From assembly GCA_002448795.1 (NCBI GenBank), contig DKAH01000017.1, forward strand, positions 54,270 to 118,269: a stretch of 64,000 bases of DNA, read 5' to 3'. Source of the stretch: Fidelibacterota bacterium UBA6931. GTDB lineage: Bacteria; Fidelibacterota; Marinisomatia; Marinisomatales; S15-B10. The position numbers and the translations under genes were made by a program. Numbering within the stretch: position 1 is the first letter of the stretch; every line of letters starts with the position of its first letter. Of the stretch, positions 18,561-27,655 are shown piece by piece. Below the pieces are notes generated by a model. That model saw only the letters and a program-made list of their open reading frames with translations. It was not told the DNA's origin and searched no databases.

Positions 18561-18948
18561 TTTGACTCCGTTCTTTGGTTTCCATTTCCTTGTCTCTGTT
18601 CACTGTGTCGGGAGAAAAAGCTGGTAAACAGATAGCTATATATTCTGCCCCTTCAGGAGTGGGTGTGCTGTACTTTATCCATTCATTTGGTTCAGTTACA
18701 ACAGTTTGCCCACTTTTCACCTTTAGAACACCTTTTTGGTATTCTACATGAAGCTCTCCTGAAATAACATAAGTTATCTCTTTAAACTCTGGAGTTTGAC
18801 CGGGCTCGATCCATCCAGCAGGCGACGTCATTTTGGCAACACTTATATCTGATGTTTTTGTATTCGCGTTGCCCACGTATTCTTCAATTTTTTTTGGTTT
18901 GTTTCCGACTGACTCAATCACGGTTGCTTCTGATATTAACTTTGGCAT
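18547..18948 (-). CDS. Cupin domain protein (no obvious His metal triad)
   Basis: Small beta-barrel pattern GWIEPGQTPEFKEITYVISGEL...G; overlaps the GST gene. Confidence 0.6.
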   Translation of the reverse strand: MPKLISEATVIESVGNKPKKIEEYVGNANTKTSDISVAKMTSPAGWIEPGQTPEFKEITYVISGELHVEYQKGVLKVKSGQTVVTEPNEWIKYSTPTPEGAEYIAICLPAFSPDTVNRDKEMETKERSQNGNR

Positions 18949-19150
18949 TCTTTCTCCTTGTTGAAATACTTTGTCTAAAGGACCTTCGACTGAGCGTCAG
19001 GTCCTGGTTTCTGATTTGTTCTCCCAACTTTATAGCTTGAATTGTCATACCCACAAGTCCATTCATTTGTCAGGCAGATTGGAGGTTGGGTTGGATTGTT
19101 TTCAATCAAATGATGAATCCAATTCTTCTCGTAATTTATATGGTGATGGT

Positions 19151-20908
19151 ATGGTGAAAAAAGATTCATTCCTTTCTGCGGTTTTACTCCTGCTATGGTG
19201 CCAGAGTCTTTTCGCTCAGGTCAAATATACTCAAACTGTAGTCTCCTATAACGTCTTGAACTATCGCGGTACCAGCGTCGCCGACAATGATAGAGAGGAT
19301 GACTTCAGACTGGTGATCTCTGAGACTGATCCCGATCTTATCGTGGCGCAGGAATTGGAAAACACCACAGGCTACACCCACTTTCTCAACGATGTGCTCA
19401 ACCACGATGAGGCGGGCCGCTACGAAGGGGCCTCCTTTTCTGATCAGTCCAATACCGATATCGATATCGCTCTCTATTTCAGGAGTGGAGTTTATAGGGT
19501 AATCTCCACCGGCACGGTGAACACAACCTCAAGCTGGGGACACAGGGACGCAGTGGAGTTTGTGGTACGGCACCTTCCATCCGATCAAGAGCTGCGGCTT
19601 TACGGCGTCCACCTGAAAGCGGGATCTAGTGCCAGCAATGCCGCCGACCGGCAGTCGGAGGCGTCCAAACTGAGAGCCTATCTTAACGATCTCGAAGCCG
19701 ACAGCCACTTTCTCGTCCTGGGCGATTTCAATGTGTATGATGGAGACGAGGCTGGCTTTCAGAGGCTGGTGGAATCGCAAGATGACAACGACGGCCGGCT
19801 GTTTGATCCTATTAATCAGATCGGTGCTTGGCACAACAACTCTTCGTTTGCTTCCATTCATACGCAGGCGACTCGTGCCACTTTCGGTGGAATGGACGAT
19901 CGTTTCGACTTCATTCTTGCCTCCGAAGCGGTTCTGAATGCATCGTCAGTGAACTTTGTTGAGGATTCATACACCGCCTTTGGAAATGATGGGACGCGGT
20001 GTTGTAATGAGGCGATTAACAGCGGCACCAACGGGGTTGTTTCGGCTAATGTGGCCGATGCCCTCCACGACGCATCAGACCATCTCCCGGTGGTGATGAA
20101 AATTGAATTCATCGGGGCCGAAGCGAGTGACCACACCATCGTCATCAACGAAATTATGAAGGACCCCTCGGCGGTAAGCGACGCCAGCGGAGAATGGTTC
20201 GAGCTCTATAACGCCGGGGAGACCGCTGTCGACCTGTGCGGCTGGACACTGAAGGACAACGACAATGATGAATTTATCATCACGTGTGATGACAGTTTTG
20301 TAATTGCAGCAGGCGAATACGTGGTACTGGCGCCCAACGGTGATTCTGCGTCCAACGGTGGTCTCTCTGTCAATTATACCTACATCTACGGCAGTTTCAA
20401 ACTGGCAAACGCCAACGATGAAATTATTCTAATTGATGCCAGCGGCGGAGAGGCGGACAGGGTGGAATACGATACCTCTTTTCCTGATCCTACCGGCGCG
20501 TCCATGGCCCTCACCGATCCATCTGCAGATAACAGTGATGGTGCCAACTGGAATGTTTCCACGCTGGTTTATGGCGCCGGCGACAAAGGAACACCGGGTC
20601 AGAATAACAGCGGTATCACTGTCACTACCTCAAAACCGCTGCCTAAGGAATTCGAGCTACACCAGAATTATCCCAACCCGTTTAATGCCATCACCACAGT
20701 CCCGTTCACCATGGCCGAACGCGGTGAGGTCCACGTCTCCATTTTTAACCTTCATGGAAAGGAGATGGCGGTGCTGATGAGTGGATCCGCGAGGGCCGGA
20801 GAACAAAGGGTCAAGTGGGACGCCTCTCAGTTTTCTAGCGGTCTCTATATCTGTCGGCTCGAAGTGACGGGTAAGAGTATTACGCGGAAGCTCCTCTTGC
20901 TGAAATAG
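19151..20908 (+). CDS. Secreted endonuclease/exonuclease/phosphatase (EEP) family hydrolase with a lamin-tail domain and a Por/T9SS-type C-terminal domain
   Basis: An ATG at 19151 gives the signal peptide MVKKDSFLSAVLLLLWCQSLFAQ. EEP blocks are VVSYNVLN, AQELEN, LGDFN, DRFDFIL and SDHLPV. The LTD is VINEIM.DP....GEWFELYN and the tail is YPNPFNAITTVPF...SGLYICRL...LLLLK. Confidence 0.8.
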   Translation: MVKKDSFLSAVLLLLWCQSLFAQVKYTQTVVSYNVLNYRGTSVADNDREDDFRLVISETDPDLIVAQELENTTGYTHFLNDVLNHDEAGRYEGASFSDQSNTDIDIALYFRSGVYRVISTGTVNTTSSWGHRDAVEFVVRHLPSDQELRLYGVHLKAGSSASNAADRQSEASKLRAYLNDLEADSHFLVLGDFNVYDGDEAGFQRLVESQDDNDGRLFDPINQIGAWHNNSSFASIHTQATRATFGGMDDRFDFILASEAVLNASSVNFVEDSYTAFGNDGTRCCNEAINSGTNGVVSANVADALHDASDHLPVVMKIEFIGAEASDHTIVINEIMKDPSAVSDASGEWFELYNAGETAVDLCGWTLKDNDNDEFIITCDDSFVIAAGEYVVLAPNGDSASNGGLSVNYTYIYGSFKLANANDEIILIDASGGEADRVEYDTSFPDPTGASMALTDPSADNSDGANWNVSTLVYGAGDKGTPGQNNSGITVTTSKPLPKEFELHQNYPNPFNAITTVPFTMAERGEVHVSIFNLHGKEMAVLMSGSARAGEQRVKWDASQFSSGLYICRLEVTGKSITRKLLLLK

Positions 20909-22261
20909 CTACTCGTCCGGAATAATGTTCTCATCCACAGTGTTGGAGAGACGGTACCGGACAATCCGCGAATTCACCGTATCACAGATGTAAATAATTC
21001 CCCGCTCATCTACTGCCAGTCCCCTTGGAGCGTCAAGAATGCCCGGTCGTTCCACCGTGAGGAAGGTATCCACCAGGGCAGAATCACCATCGGAGTAAAC
21101 CCAGATAGTGGTATCAACGAGGGCCTCCTTAACCCCTGCCTTCATGAAAAAACTTCCATTAGAGTTGAAAATCTGAATCTCATCGGCGAGAGTGTTGGCA
21201 ACGTAAACCTGCTGTTTCTGATCCACCGCTATATCCGCCGGTTTTAAGAACCGCCACAGATCCATGATGTCATGAGATCCCTGTTGGAAGACAGAAGGGT
21301 AGGTGGTGTATCCACCCGCGGAGACAGGGCGGATTTTGTGTACTGAAAAGAATTCCCCCGCCTGGACGTAATAGATGTTGCCGGCAAAATCGACATCAAG
21401 AGCGGAAGGCCTATTCACCGTGCCTGCTCCCGTGCCGTAGCCCGTCACCGTGTGGCCGAAAACACCTCTGTGGGTCCACACCTCCTCGCCAGTGGTTAGA
21501 CGAATAAGTTGCGACCGTTCAAAGTTGATCCGGACGATGCGGTTGAGTGCGTTGTCCGTGACGTATATGTAGTCGCCGTCCGCCGCGGAAATTCCTGAAT
21601 AGAGGGATTGGCTACTGCTGTAATAGACATCCTTTAAGGACGTCGCATTCACGCCGGCGTCAAAGAAGAGATGTGGGCTGGAAAGAGAATCGATAAGGGG
21701 CTGTTGCGACGACCAGACAGCGTCACCCATCTGCCATTCACCCCCATGAAGCTTTACATACCAGTCGGAAGTCCCGGCAGATACGGACACCTCCTTTCCT
21801 GATGCGATATTTACGAACGTGGCACCGGTCATCACTTCCGCAATTTTATTCTGCCGCCAGAGCTGGTTCCACCGTATGACACGGCTGGAGCCGTCGATCA
21901 TGAAGATATTCATTTTCTGGTCTATGTCCATATCGATGGGAGCAAAGGAATCGCCGGAGTGGTCTTTTATGTTCACGAGGTCATCAAAACCGCTCAGGAC
22001 AGTCCCATCCTGCTTCAAGACAAAAACCGATCGTGCCGCCGAGTCGGCTACAAAGAGGCGTCCATCCGGTGCGATGGAGATCTCAACAGGAGAGGAAAAA
22101 CCCAGGCTGGCATCCCATATGGGATTCATAATCAGATAGGTTGTGTCTCCGGCAGCAAATTCAACGTTCTCATTGATGGTGGCCGGAAGAGGCATTTTCT
22201 CCACACAGCCGCTGACAATTATCAGAAAACAGCCCGCTATAGTCAAAAGCCAGTTTCTCAT
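20909..22261 (-). CDS. NHL-repeat beta-propeller lipoprotein
   Basis: Lipobox VSGC. There are about six NHL-like blades (e.g. IYVTDNALNRIVRI, VYVANTLADEIQIF, IYICDTVNSRIVRY). The ATGA overlaps the upstream gene. Confidence 0.6.
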   Translation of the reverse strand: MRNWLLTIAGCFLIIVSGCVEKMPLPATINENVEFAAGDTTYLIMNPIWDASLGFSSPVEISIAPDGRLFVADSAARSVFVLKQDGTVLSGFDDLVNIKDHSGDSFAPIDMDIDQKMNIFMIDGSSRVIRWNQLWRQNKIAEVMTGATFVNIASGKEVSVSAGTSDWYVKLHGGEWQMGDAVWSSQQPLIDSLSSPHLFFDAGVNATSLKDVYYSSSQSLYSGISAADGDYIYVTDNALNRIVRINFERSQLIRLTTGEEVWTHRGVFGHTVTGYGTGAGTVNRPSALDVDFAGNIYYVQAGEFFSVHKIRPVSAGGYTTYPSVFQQGSHDIMDLWRFLKPADIAVDQKQQVYVANTLADEIQIFNSNGSFFMKAGVKEALVDTTIWVYSDGDSALVDTFLTVERPGILDAPRGLAVDERGIIYICDTVNSRIVRYRLSNTVDENIIPDE

Positions 22262-23271
22262 CAGAACTCCACCGCCAGGCTGAGGCGAGTTGGATCAGAA
22301 AGGTGGATCATGTTAGTGTAAGCAAAATCTACCCGCAGCTTGGCAGGGCCCACAGGAATGTAGAATCCGGCACCGATAGAAAAATCTTCCTCTTCCACAT
22401 TGATCTTATACCCGCCGCGAAGGGCCAGTGTGTTGAGGAATATATATTCCCCTCCCGCCACAATATTCTCTGCGTTATCCACTGGATGGTTGAGCTGAAG
22501 GGATACGGTTAACGAGTGATTTTGAGATTTCACAATCTCCATAGCGCTCCCCACCCGGAAAATGGTTGGCGGTGAGAACAGCTCAAATTCCGAATCGATG
22601 ATTACTTCATCGCCAGTCTCGCGATCAAGGATGAACCGCTCGTAACTTCCTTCGGGCCTTGCCTGTGGACCGAAATTGGAGAGGACTGCCGAGAACCGCA
22701 GTGTCCGAAAGCCTGTCCAGTAGAAGGTTCCCACATCAAGGAGCATGGAACGCATTCGATGGTCGGCAAGGTTCTCCTCTACATGCTTGAGCGTAAGGCC
22801 AAAGCTGAAACGGTCCGACATTCTTACGCTGTAGCTTAGGCCGACAAACCGATCCTGAAAAATGAAATAGTTTCCCGTGCCGTGGGGCATGTATTCGGTG
22901 GTCTCCTGCATGGGCGCCATGTGGAGAATCCCAGCTGATATACCCAGGTAATGGCTTCCGGCCAATTGACGCGACATACCCAGAAAATCGTAGGTGATGT
23001 CAGCAGGCCATTGAATACGGGAGCTGGACACCTGTGTTCCGGAAAGCTGGCCGATAGCAGCGGGATTGTAGACCAGGGAAGATGCATCCTGATTCAGTGC
23101 TACAACTGCTTCGGCCATTCCCGCCGCTCTGGCGCTGGCACCAATCTTCAAAAAGGTAAAGACTGACGTTCCCACCCGCTGACCGCCTAGGATGGGAAAG
23201 AAATTCTGCTGTCCGGAGAGAGCCAGAGGGAACAGTGTGAGGATGAGGATTTTCCGATAATGTTGATTCAT
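22261..23271 (-). CDS. PorV/PorQ-family (FadL-like) outer-membrane beta-barrel
   Basis: GTSVFTFLKIGASARAAGMAEAVVALNQDASSLVYNPAAIG matches the family N-terminal signature as I recall it. The protein ends ...SLAVEF. Confidence 0.6.
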   Translation of the reverse strand: MNQHYRKILILTLFPLALSGQQNFFPILGGQRVGTSVFTFLKIGASARAAGMAEAVVALNQDASSLVYNPAAIGQLSGTQVSSSRIQWPADITYDFLGMSRQLAGSHYLGISAGILHMAPMQETTEYMPHGTGNYFIFQDRFVGLSYSVRMSDRFSFGLTLKHVEENLADHRMRSMLLDVGTFYWTGFRTLRFSAVLSNFGPQARPEGSYERFILDRETGDEVIIDSEFELFSPPTIFRVGSAMEIVKSQNHSLTVSLQLNHPVDNAENIVAGGEYIFLNTLALRGGYKINVEEEDFSIGAGFYIPVGPAKLRVDFAYTNMIHLSDPTRLSLAVEF

Positions 23272-26051
23272 CAGAACATCACCTGAAGTCCGACGCTGGC
23301 CGTTCGGGGCGTTCGAAAACGTGATGGATCAATATTCGGGTTGGGTGTCTCGATCATACTGTATGGGATGATGACGCCTGGATTATAACCTCTGCCGGTG
23401 AAAGGATTTATTCGGCGGGGAATGCGCTGATCCAGAAGGTTCTCCACTTCCGCCAACCACCGGAGATTGACACCACCGACAGTCATCTTCTTGTATAGTT
23501 TTAGGTCCACGTTTGAGACCGGGTCCTTAGCAAGATAAAAGTAGGGCTTGTCATCTTCAACGGTACCGATGTAGTAGGCGACGCCGTCCACCTCGATGAG
23601 GCCATCGGGATATTCACGGGTGCCGGGAATAGACCGCGTGTAGCGTCGCCCGCTTTCGAACTCAAACCGCCATGACATTCCCCAGCCGGAGGGATGATCG
23701 TATGAGATATTGGCGAAAGTCTGAAGTGGCTTGTCCCATTGGAGGAAAACCTCATCCAGAGGCTTCTCCCGAAGCTGGCCCGACTGAACAAGGAGGTTAT
23801 CATCAGGATTGGAGCTTTTCCCGGTGGCAATGGAATAGTTGAAGTTTACATCGGCGTACCAGTTGGCCAGCAGCCGGCTCCTCAGAATCATTTCGATTCC
23901 TCGGGCTCTGGCATAATCAGCATTGAGGTACATGAGGAATCGGAGGTGGGCATATTTCGGATTTGAAGGTGTGATGCTCTGGGAAGTCTCGTAGTCGAAC
24001 ATGTCTTTCCAATAAGCTTTCAGTTCAAGCACCTGGTCTTCGCTAAAACGGTGTTTCAGCCCGATTTCATACTGAACTGTTGTTTTCGGGCTCAAGTTTG
24101 GATTCCCAAAAACCTGGTAGGTGGAAGGGGCTATAGTGTTCAGTTTTGCGTAGACGTACTGAAATGAAGGAAGCTGAGAAAAGTGACCGTAATAGAAATA
24201 GAGTACGTCATTGTCTGTTACAGGATGGGAGATGCCGACTCGCGGAGAAAGCCTTGCTTTTCCACGATAGCCCATGAATTCAAATGTCTCTTCCATGAAC
24301 AGTTCCCGAGCCTCGTCCGTGATAGTAACAGCATCTGGATTGGCGATAGCCTCTTCCACATATTTTCCGGGAAACCAGTAGTCGTAGCGGAGCCCGAGGT
24401 TTGCTGTCATCCCTTCAAAAACGATCCTGTCCTGAACGTAGAAGGCACCGAATAGTGTTCTTGCGCGGTAGGCATCGTAGTTAATGCCGAAGCCTGTTGT
24501 ACCGGTCCACGGCTCATCGATATCCACCACTTGAATTTCTGTGGATGTGGCCTCCACCCCTGCTTTAATCTTGTGTCGATTCAGGGTCTGGTAAGTCCAG
24601 TCGAAATCAAGGCGTGTGTTGTCACTGGAAAGATCATACCACTCCGGCGAAAAGCCCGTGTCGTAAAACTCGTCTCCGTAAGTGATGCGCACATTCCCGT
24701 CCCTGTCGCGGATGATGTAGTTGACAGGCTCGATGTCAAGACGCTCTCTGTAGTCGGTCCAGTGGAGGTCCTGAACCGCACTATGTTCCAATGTGAGGAA
24801 TTGCCCGATGGTCAATTCATAAAAGTTTCGGGGACTGAGGGTGTGAGTCCAGTTAATCTTCACGAGACGAGATTCCCGGGTGATGGTGTTATAATTGTCA
24901 AGAATCTGACTGTAGGCGTAAGGGAAATAGGTGGTGGAAAAAGCCCTAGGCATGAAGAAGCCCTGATTGATATTCAGTGAAATGTCGTAGGAAGCCGACA
25001 GCTTCTTCAACTCGTCTGGTTGCCACGACAGTTTGTAGAGAGCGTGCCAGTCATTGTTCTCCCGGGGAGCCAGGTTACCAAGCAGGGTGTCCGCTCTTTT
25101 TGCGGACAGTCCCGCCGGCAGACGCCAGTTCCGGTGGGGATAGAGCTGCATGGCTGTTGGGAGGTGTGAATCAGTGATCTTGCCGTAGGCGTTGGCGAAG
25201 AAGGAGAACTTGCCCGGAATGTCGAGACCCAACCGTGGTGCCATCAATTCGAGGAGTGGCGAAGGGCCTCCGAGGTTCACCTCGAGTCTGTCGCTATTGA
25301 AGTGATCAAAAGCTCCGGGAGCCGCTCCCCAATGATCACTCAGGTATTTCAGACTCCCTTCAAATTTGTCCCGCCCTTCCTTGAGCCGAATGTTGATGAC
25401 CCCGGACATAGCCTGGCCGTACTCGGCATTGTAGCCACCGGTGATAATTTCCAAGTCTTGGATGCTCTCTGGGTTGATAAACAGGTTTCCTGAGTAGCCT
25501 GAGAGAGGATCCTTAATTGAGAGTCCATCGATGACGTACAGGCTCTCATCAATCCGGCCGCCGCGAATGTGGATTTCGTTGTTAACCTTCGTAACCCCTA
25601 CCTGATCGGCGAGAATGTCCTCCACACTGTTGACAATTCTGTCCTCAATGTCATCGCTGGTAAGTTTGGTGATAGAGGCAGTTTCATCAACATCAAAGAG
25701 CGGTTTCTTACCGAGGACCACCAACTCTTCACCCAATGCGAGGACCGTTTGTTCCAGCTCGAAATCTACAGTGGTGGTTCGCTCCGCTTCCACCGTTACG
25801 CCTGTTCTGAGGATCACTTTGTAGCCGATCATGGAGACTTCCATATCGTAGCTACCTGCTGAAACATCTGTTATACGATAAAGGCCGTTACCATCGGAAG
25901 CGGCGCCGTAATAGGTCCCCTTTACCATCACGTTGACACCGGGAAGAGGCTCTCCAGTTTCACTGTCCGACAGCAGGCCGGTGATTGTCCCTTTCTCCTG
26001 CGCTGAGAGGGGAAGTACTAGCAGAAGTATCGTCAATAGCATACGCTTCAA
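23271..26051 (-). CDS. TonB-dependent receptor-like outer-membrane barrel with a CarboxypepD_reg domain
   Basis: GLLSDSETGEPLPGVNVMVKG...GLYRI, a plug (IHIRGGRIDESLYVIDGLSIKDPLSG), a long barrel and terminal ...VGLQVMF. The TTG start overlaps the upstream stop (TTGA); an alternative ATG is at 26042. Confidence 0.8.
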   Translation of the reverse strand: MKRMLLTILLLVLPLSAQEKGTITGLLSDSETGEPLPGVNVMVKGTYYGAASDGNGLYRITDVSAGSYDMEVSMIGYKVILRTGVTVEAERTTTVDFELEQTVLALGEELVVLGKKPLFDVDETASITKLTSDDIEDRIVNSVEDILADQVGVTKVNNEIHIRGGRIDESLYVIDGLSIKDPLSGYSGNLFINPESIQDLEIITGGYNAEYGQAMSGVINIRLKEGRDKFEGSLKYLSDHWGAAPGAFDHFNSDRLEVNLGGPSPLLELMAPRLGLDIPGKFSFFANAYGKITDSHLPTAMQLYPHRNWRLPAGLSAKRADTLLGNLAPRENNDWHALYKLSWQPDELKKLSASYDISLNINQGFFMPRAFSTTYFPYAYSQILDNYNTITRESRLVKINWTHTLSPRNFYELTIGQFLTLEHSAVQDLHWTDYRERLDIEPVNYIIRDRDGNVRITYGDEFYDTGFSPEWYDLSSDNTRLDFDWTYQTLNRHKIKAGVEATSTEIQVVDIDEPWTGTTGFGINYDAYRARTLFGAFYVQDRIVFEGMTANLGLRYDYWFPGKYVEEAIANPDAVTITDEARELFMEETFEFMGYRGKARLSPRVGISHPVTDNDVLYFYYGHFSQLPSFQYVYAKLNTIAPSTYQVFGNPNLSPKTTVQYEIGLKHRFSEDQVLELKAYWKDMFDYETSQSITPSNPKYAHLRFLMYLNADYARARGIEMILRSRLLANWYADVNFNYSIATGKSSNPDDNLLVQSGQLREKPLDEVFLQWDKPLQTFANISYDHPSGWGMSWRFEFESGRRYTRSIPGTREYPDGLIEVDGVAYYIGTVEDDKPYFYLAKDPVSNVDLKLYKKMTVGGVNLRWLAEVENLLDQRIPRRINPFTGRGYNPGVIIPYSMIETPNPNIDPSRFRTPRTASVGLQVMF

Positions 26052-27604
26052 GGTTGGAATTCCTCCCGCCAGAGATAACTGATAAATCTTGATGCCGAAC
26101 CGGTTCCTTCCATGAGCGGTTCGGAGCCGTTGTGGAGTGGAAGCGTCATGAATACAGCCTTCCCGGAGAGAGTGGTAGAATTGACTCTAAACTGATTTAT
26201 GGCACAAACGTTGGGCATTCCGAGCCAGCTGTATGTATCTCCCGGTTCCTGAAGTTTGTAAAGACTCTTTACATAAGGGGCATTTGTTGAATCTATTTCG
26301 AAAGCGCGGACGCGAATAGCGATCAGTTTGGAAAGTGAGAGGTCAAATGATGAATCCCACTGAGCGTGAAGCTCAGTCCCTTTCAACAATCTCCCGGAAG
26401 GATTGAGGGTATAGGCGGAATCGATGGGAAACCAGGCTAAGGTGGTGTCTTTGAGCTCCGCGGTGTTTAGAAAAAGATTACCACCGTTGGCAAGAAAATT
26501 GGCAATGTTTGCCCCGGCCTCACTGTAGGTCTCCGGTCCGGTGTAAGCGGTGTACCAGAGAATCTTGTCAAAATAGTTCAGGTTTGCATTAATGTCAGCA
26601 TTGGAGTAGGGGAGTTTGTCACCAATCTCCCAGACCGAATAGTCACCATCCTCCGCCAGTGTGTCGAGGATACTTTTGTACCACTCCTGAGCGCGATTGT
26701 AGCGATCTTGAGGGAAGTCATCCACAAGTAGCGTTTTGCCCAAAACGGGCATCACTTCCCAATGGTTTGCTGTGCTAAGGTCATCCGGATCGGGAAACTG
26801 AATGGTGTTGCTCTCTGCGCCGGCGATGTCTCTCGCCTTTGCGTAGAAGATGTGGGGTCCCGGTTCGAGACCGGTTACCGTTACACTGGAGTTCAGCGCC
26901 GCATCGAGTTGGTGCCAGCAGGTGGTGCAGGTATCATCCACTGCATAAAAGATATCGGGAACGGTCTCGATACCGTCCTCGTCCTCAATGTCCCAGACAA
27001 ACGTCCGAGTTGGGAAAGTGAAATTGGTGTCGCCGGGATCGTTCACTAACGGATTGCTCCTGTACCTGAAACCGATCTTCGGCGCTGAATTCCTGACGGG
27101 GATGACCACTTTTGCCGTGGTAGAATCTATGAGACTGTCATTATCTACTGCCGCTACCTGAAAAGTGAAAACGTCCATGTCCGTTTTCAGAGGGAGGAAA
27201 AAGAGGCCTGATTCCTTGGTTGTAAAGGTCCATCCATCGTCCACGTTCCACCTGTAGCGATACCCCACCACGTGACCATCGGAATCTTCACCCCACCAGT
27301 TGAGACGCTGCTTGCTTGTAGTGATGGTGGTGAAAGCGTTACTGAGGGTGTCCCAGAGATAATCCGGATTCGGTTCTTCATCAACCGTATAGATCCACGA
27401 TGTATCGAGATAGCTCTCGCCGGTAACGGGGTCAGTCTTTTGCTGAACGGACTCGATTCGGGAGTAGAGTGTTTCCGCCGCCGCAAGCGTTAGGTATGTT
27501 TCCGGTGCACGGTTTGATATGGGTGCTGATGGATCAGCGTACTCCCAGAGATCGCAACTCAGCATCAGAGCAGCGACTACAAGAATCGGCGAGGGGTTTT
27601 TCAA
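26048..27604 (-). CDS. Hypothetical lipoprotein (Ig-like region plus a C-terminal flavodoxin/GATase1-like region is only a guess)
   Basis: Lipobox MLSC; long ORF in an operon; TTG start; no recognisable catalytic motif. Confidence 0.55.
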   Translation of the reverse strand: MKNPSPILVVAALMLSCDLWEYADPSAPISNRAPETYLTLAAAETLYSRIESVQQKTDPVTGESYLDTSWIYTVDEEPNPDYLWDTLSNAFTTITTSKQRLNWWGEDSDGHVVGYRYRWNVDDGWTFTTKESGLFFLPLKTDMDVFTFQVAAVDNDSLIDSTTAKVVIPVRNSAPKIGFRYRSNPLVNDPGDTNFTFPTRTFVWDIEDEDGIETVPDIFYAVDDTCTTCWHQLDAALNSSVTVTGLEPGPHIFYAKARDIAGAESNTIQFPDPDDLSTANHWEVMPVLGKTLLVDDFPQDRYNRAQEWYKSILDTLAEDGDYSVWEIGDKLPYSNADINANLNYFDKILWYTAYTGPETYSEAGANIANFLANGGNLFLNTAELKDTTLAWFPIDSAYTLNPSGRLLKGTELHAQWDSSFDLSLSKLIAIRVRAFEIDSTNAPYVKSLYKLQEPGDTYSWLGMPNVCAINQFRVNSTTLSGKAVFMTLPLHNGSEPLMEGTGSASRFISYLWREEFQP

Positions 27605-27623
27605 GTTACATAGCAGATGTGGA

Positions 27624-27640
27624 GCCCCGAAGATCGGGGC
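27624..27640 (-). other. Intercistronic GC hairpin between the cargo genes and the lipoprotein/TonB block
   Basis: GCCCCGA-AGA-TCGGGGC (7-bp stem) lies in the 51-nt gap. No T-tract follows on the transcribed strand. Confidence 0.35.
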
Positions 27641-27655
27641 CCCGCACAGCTTACT

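Noticed and set aside
18547-18948. Idea that the small cupin is a DMSP lyase (DddK/Q/W-type)
   Set aside because: The cupin motifs lack the His/Glu metal ligands (no G.....H.H...E pattern). Nothing else supports the assignment, so the gene is left as a generic cupin.
18979-19005. Hairpin AGGACCTTCGAC-TGAGC-GTCAGGTCCT in the cupin/EEP divergent region as a riboswitch or ncRNA
   Set aside because: This is only a single 10-bp bulged stem in the probable 5' leader of the cupin operon. It is too small to assign to any RNA family and may simply be a leader hairpin.
18971-19150. 60-codon N-terminal extension of the EEP/LTD gene in the ORF track
   Set aside because: The extension has no signal peptide and runs through the divergent promoter region. 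The ATG at 19151 gives a canonical signal peptide.
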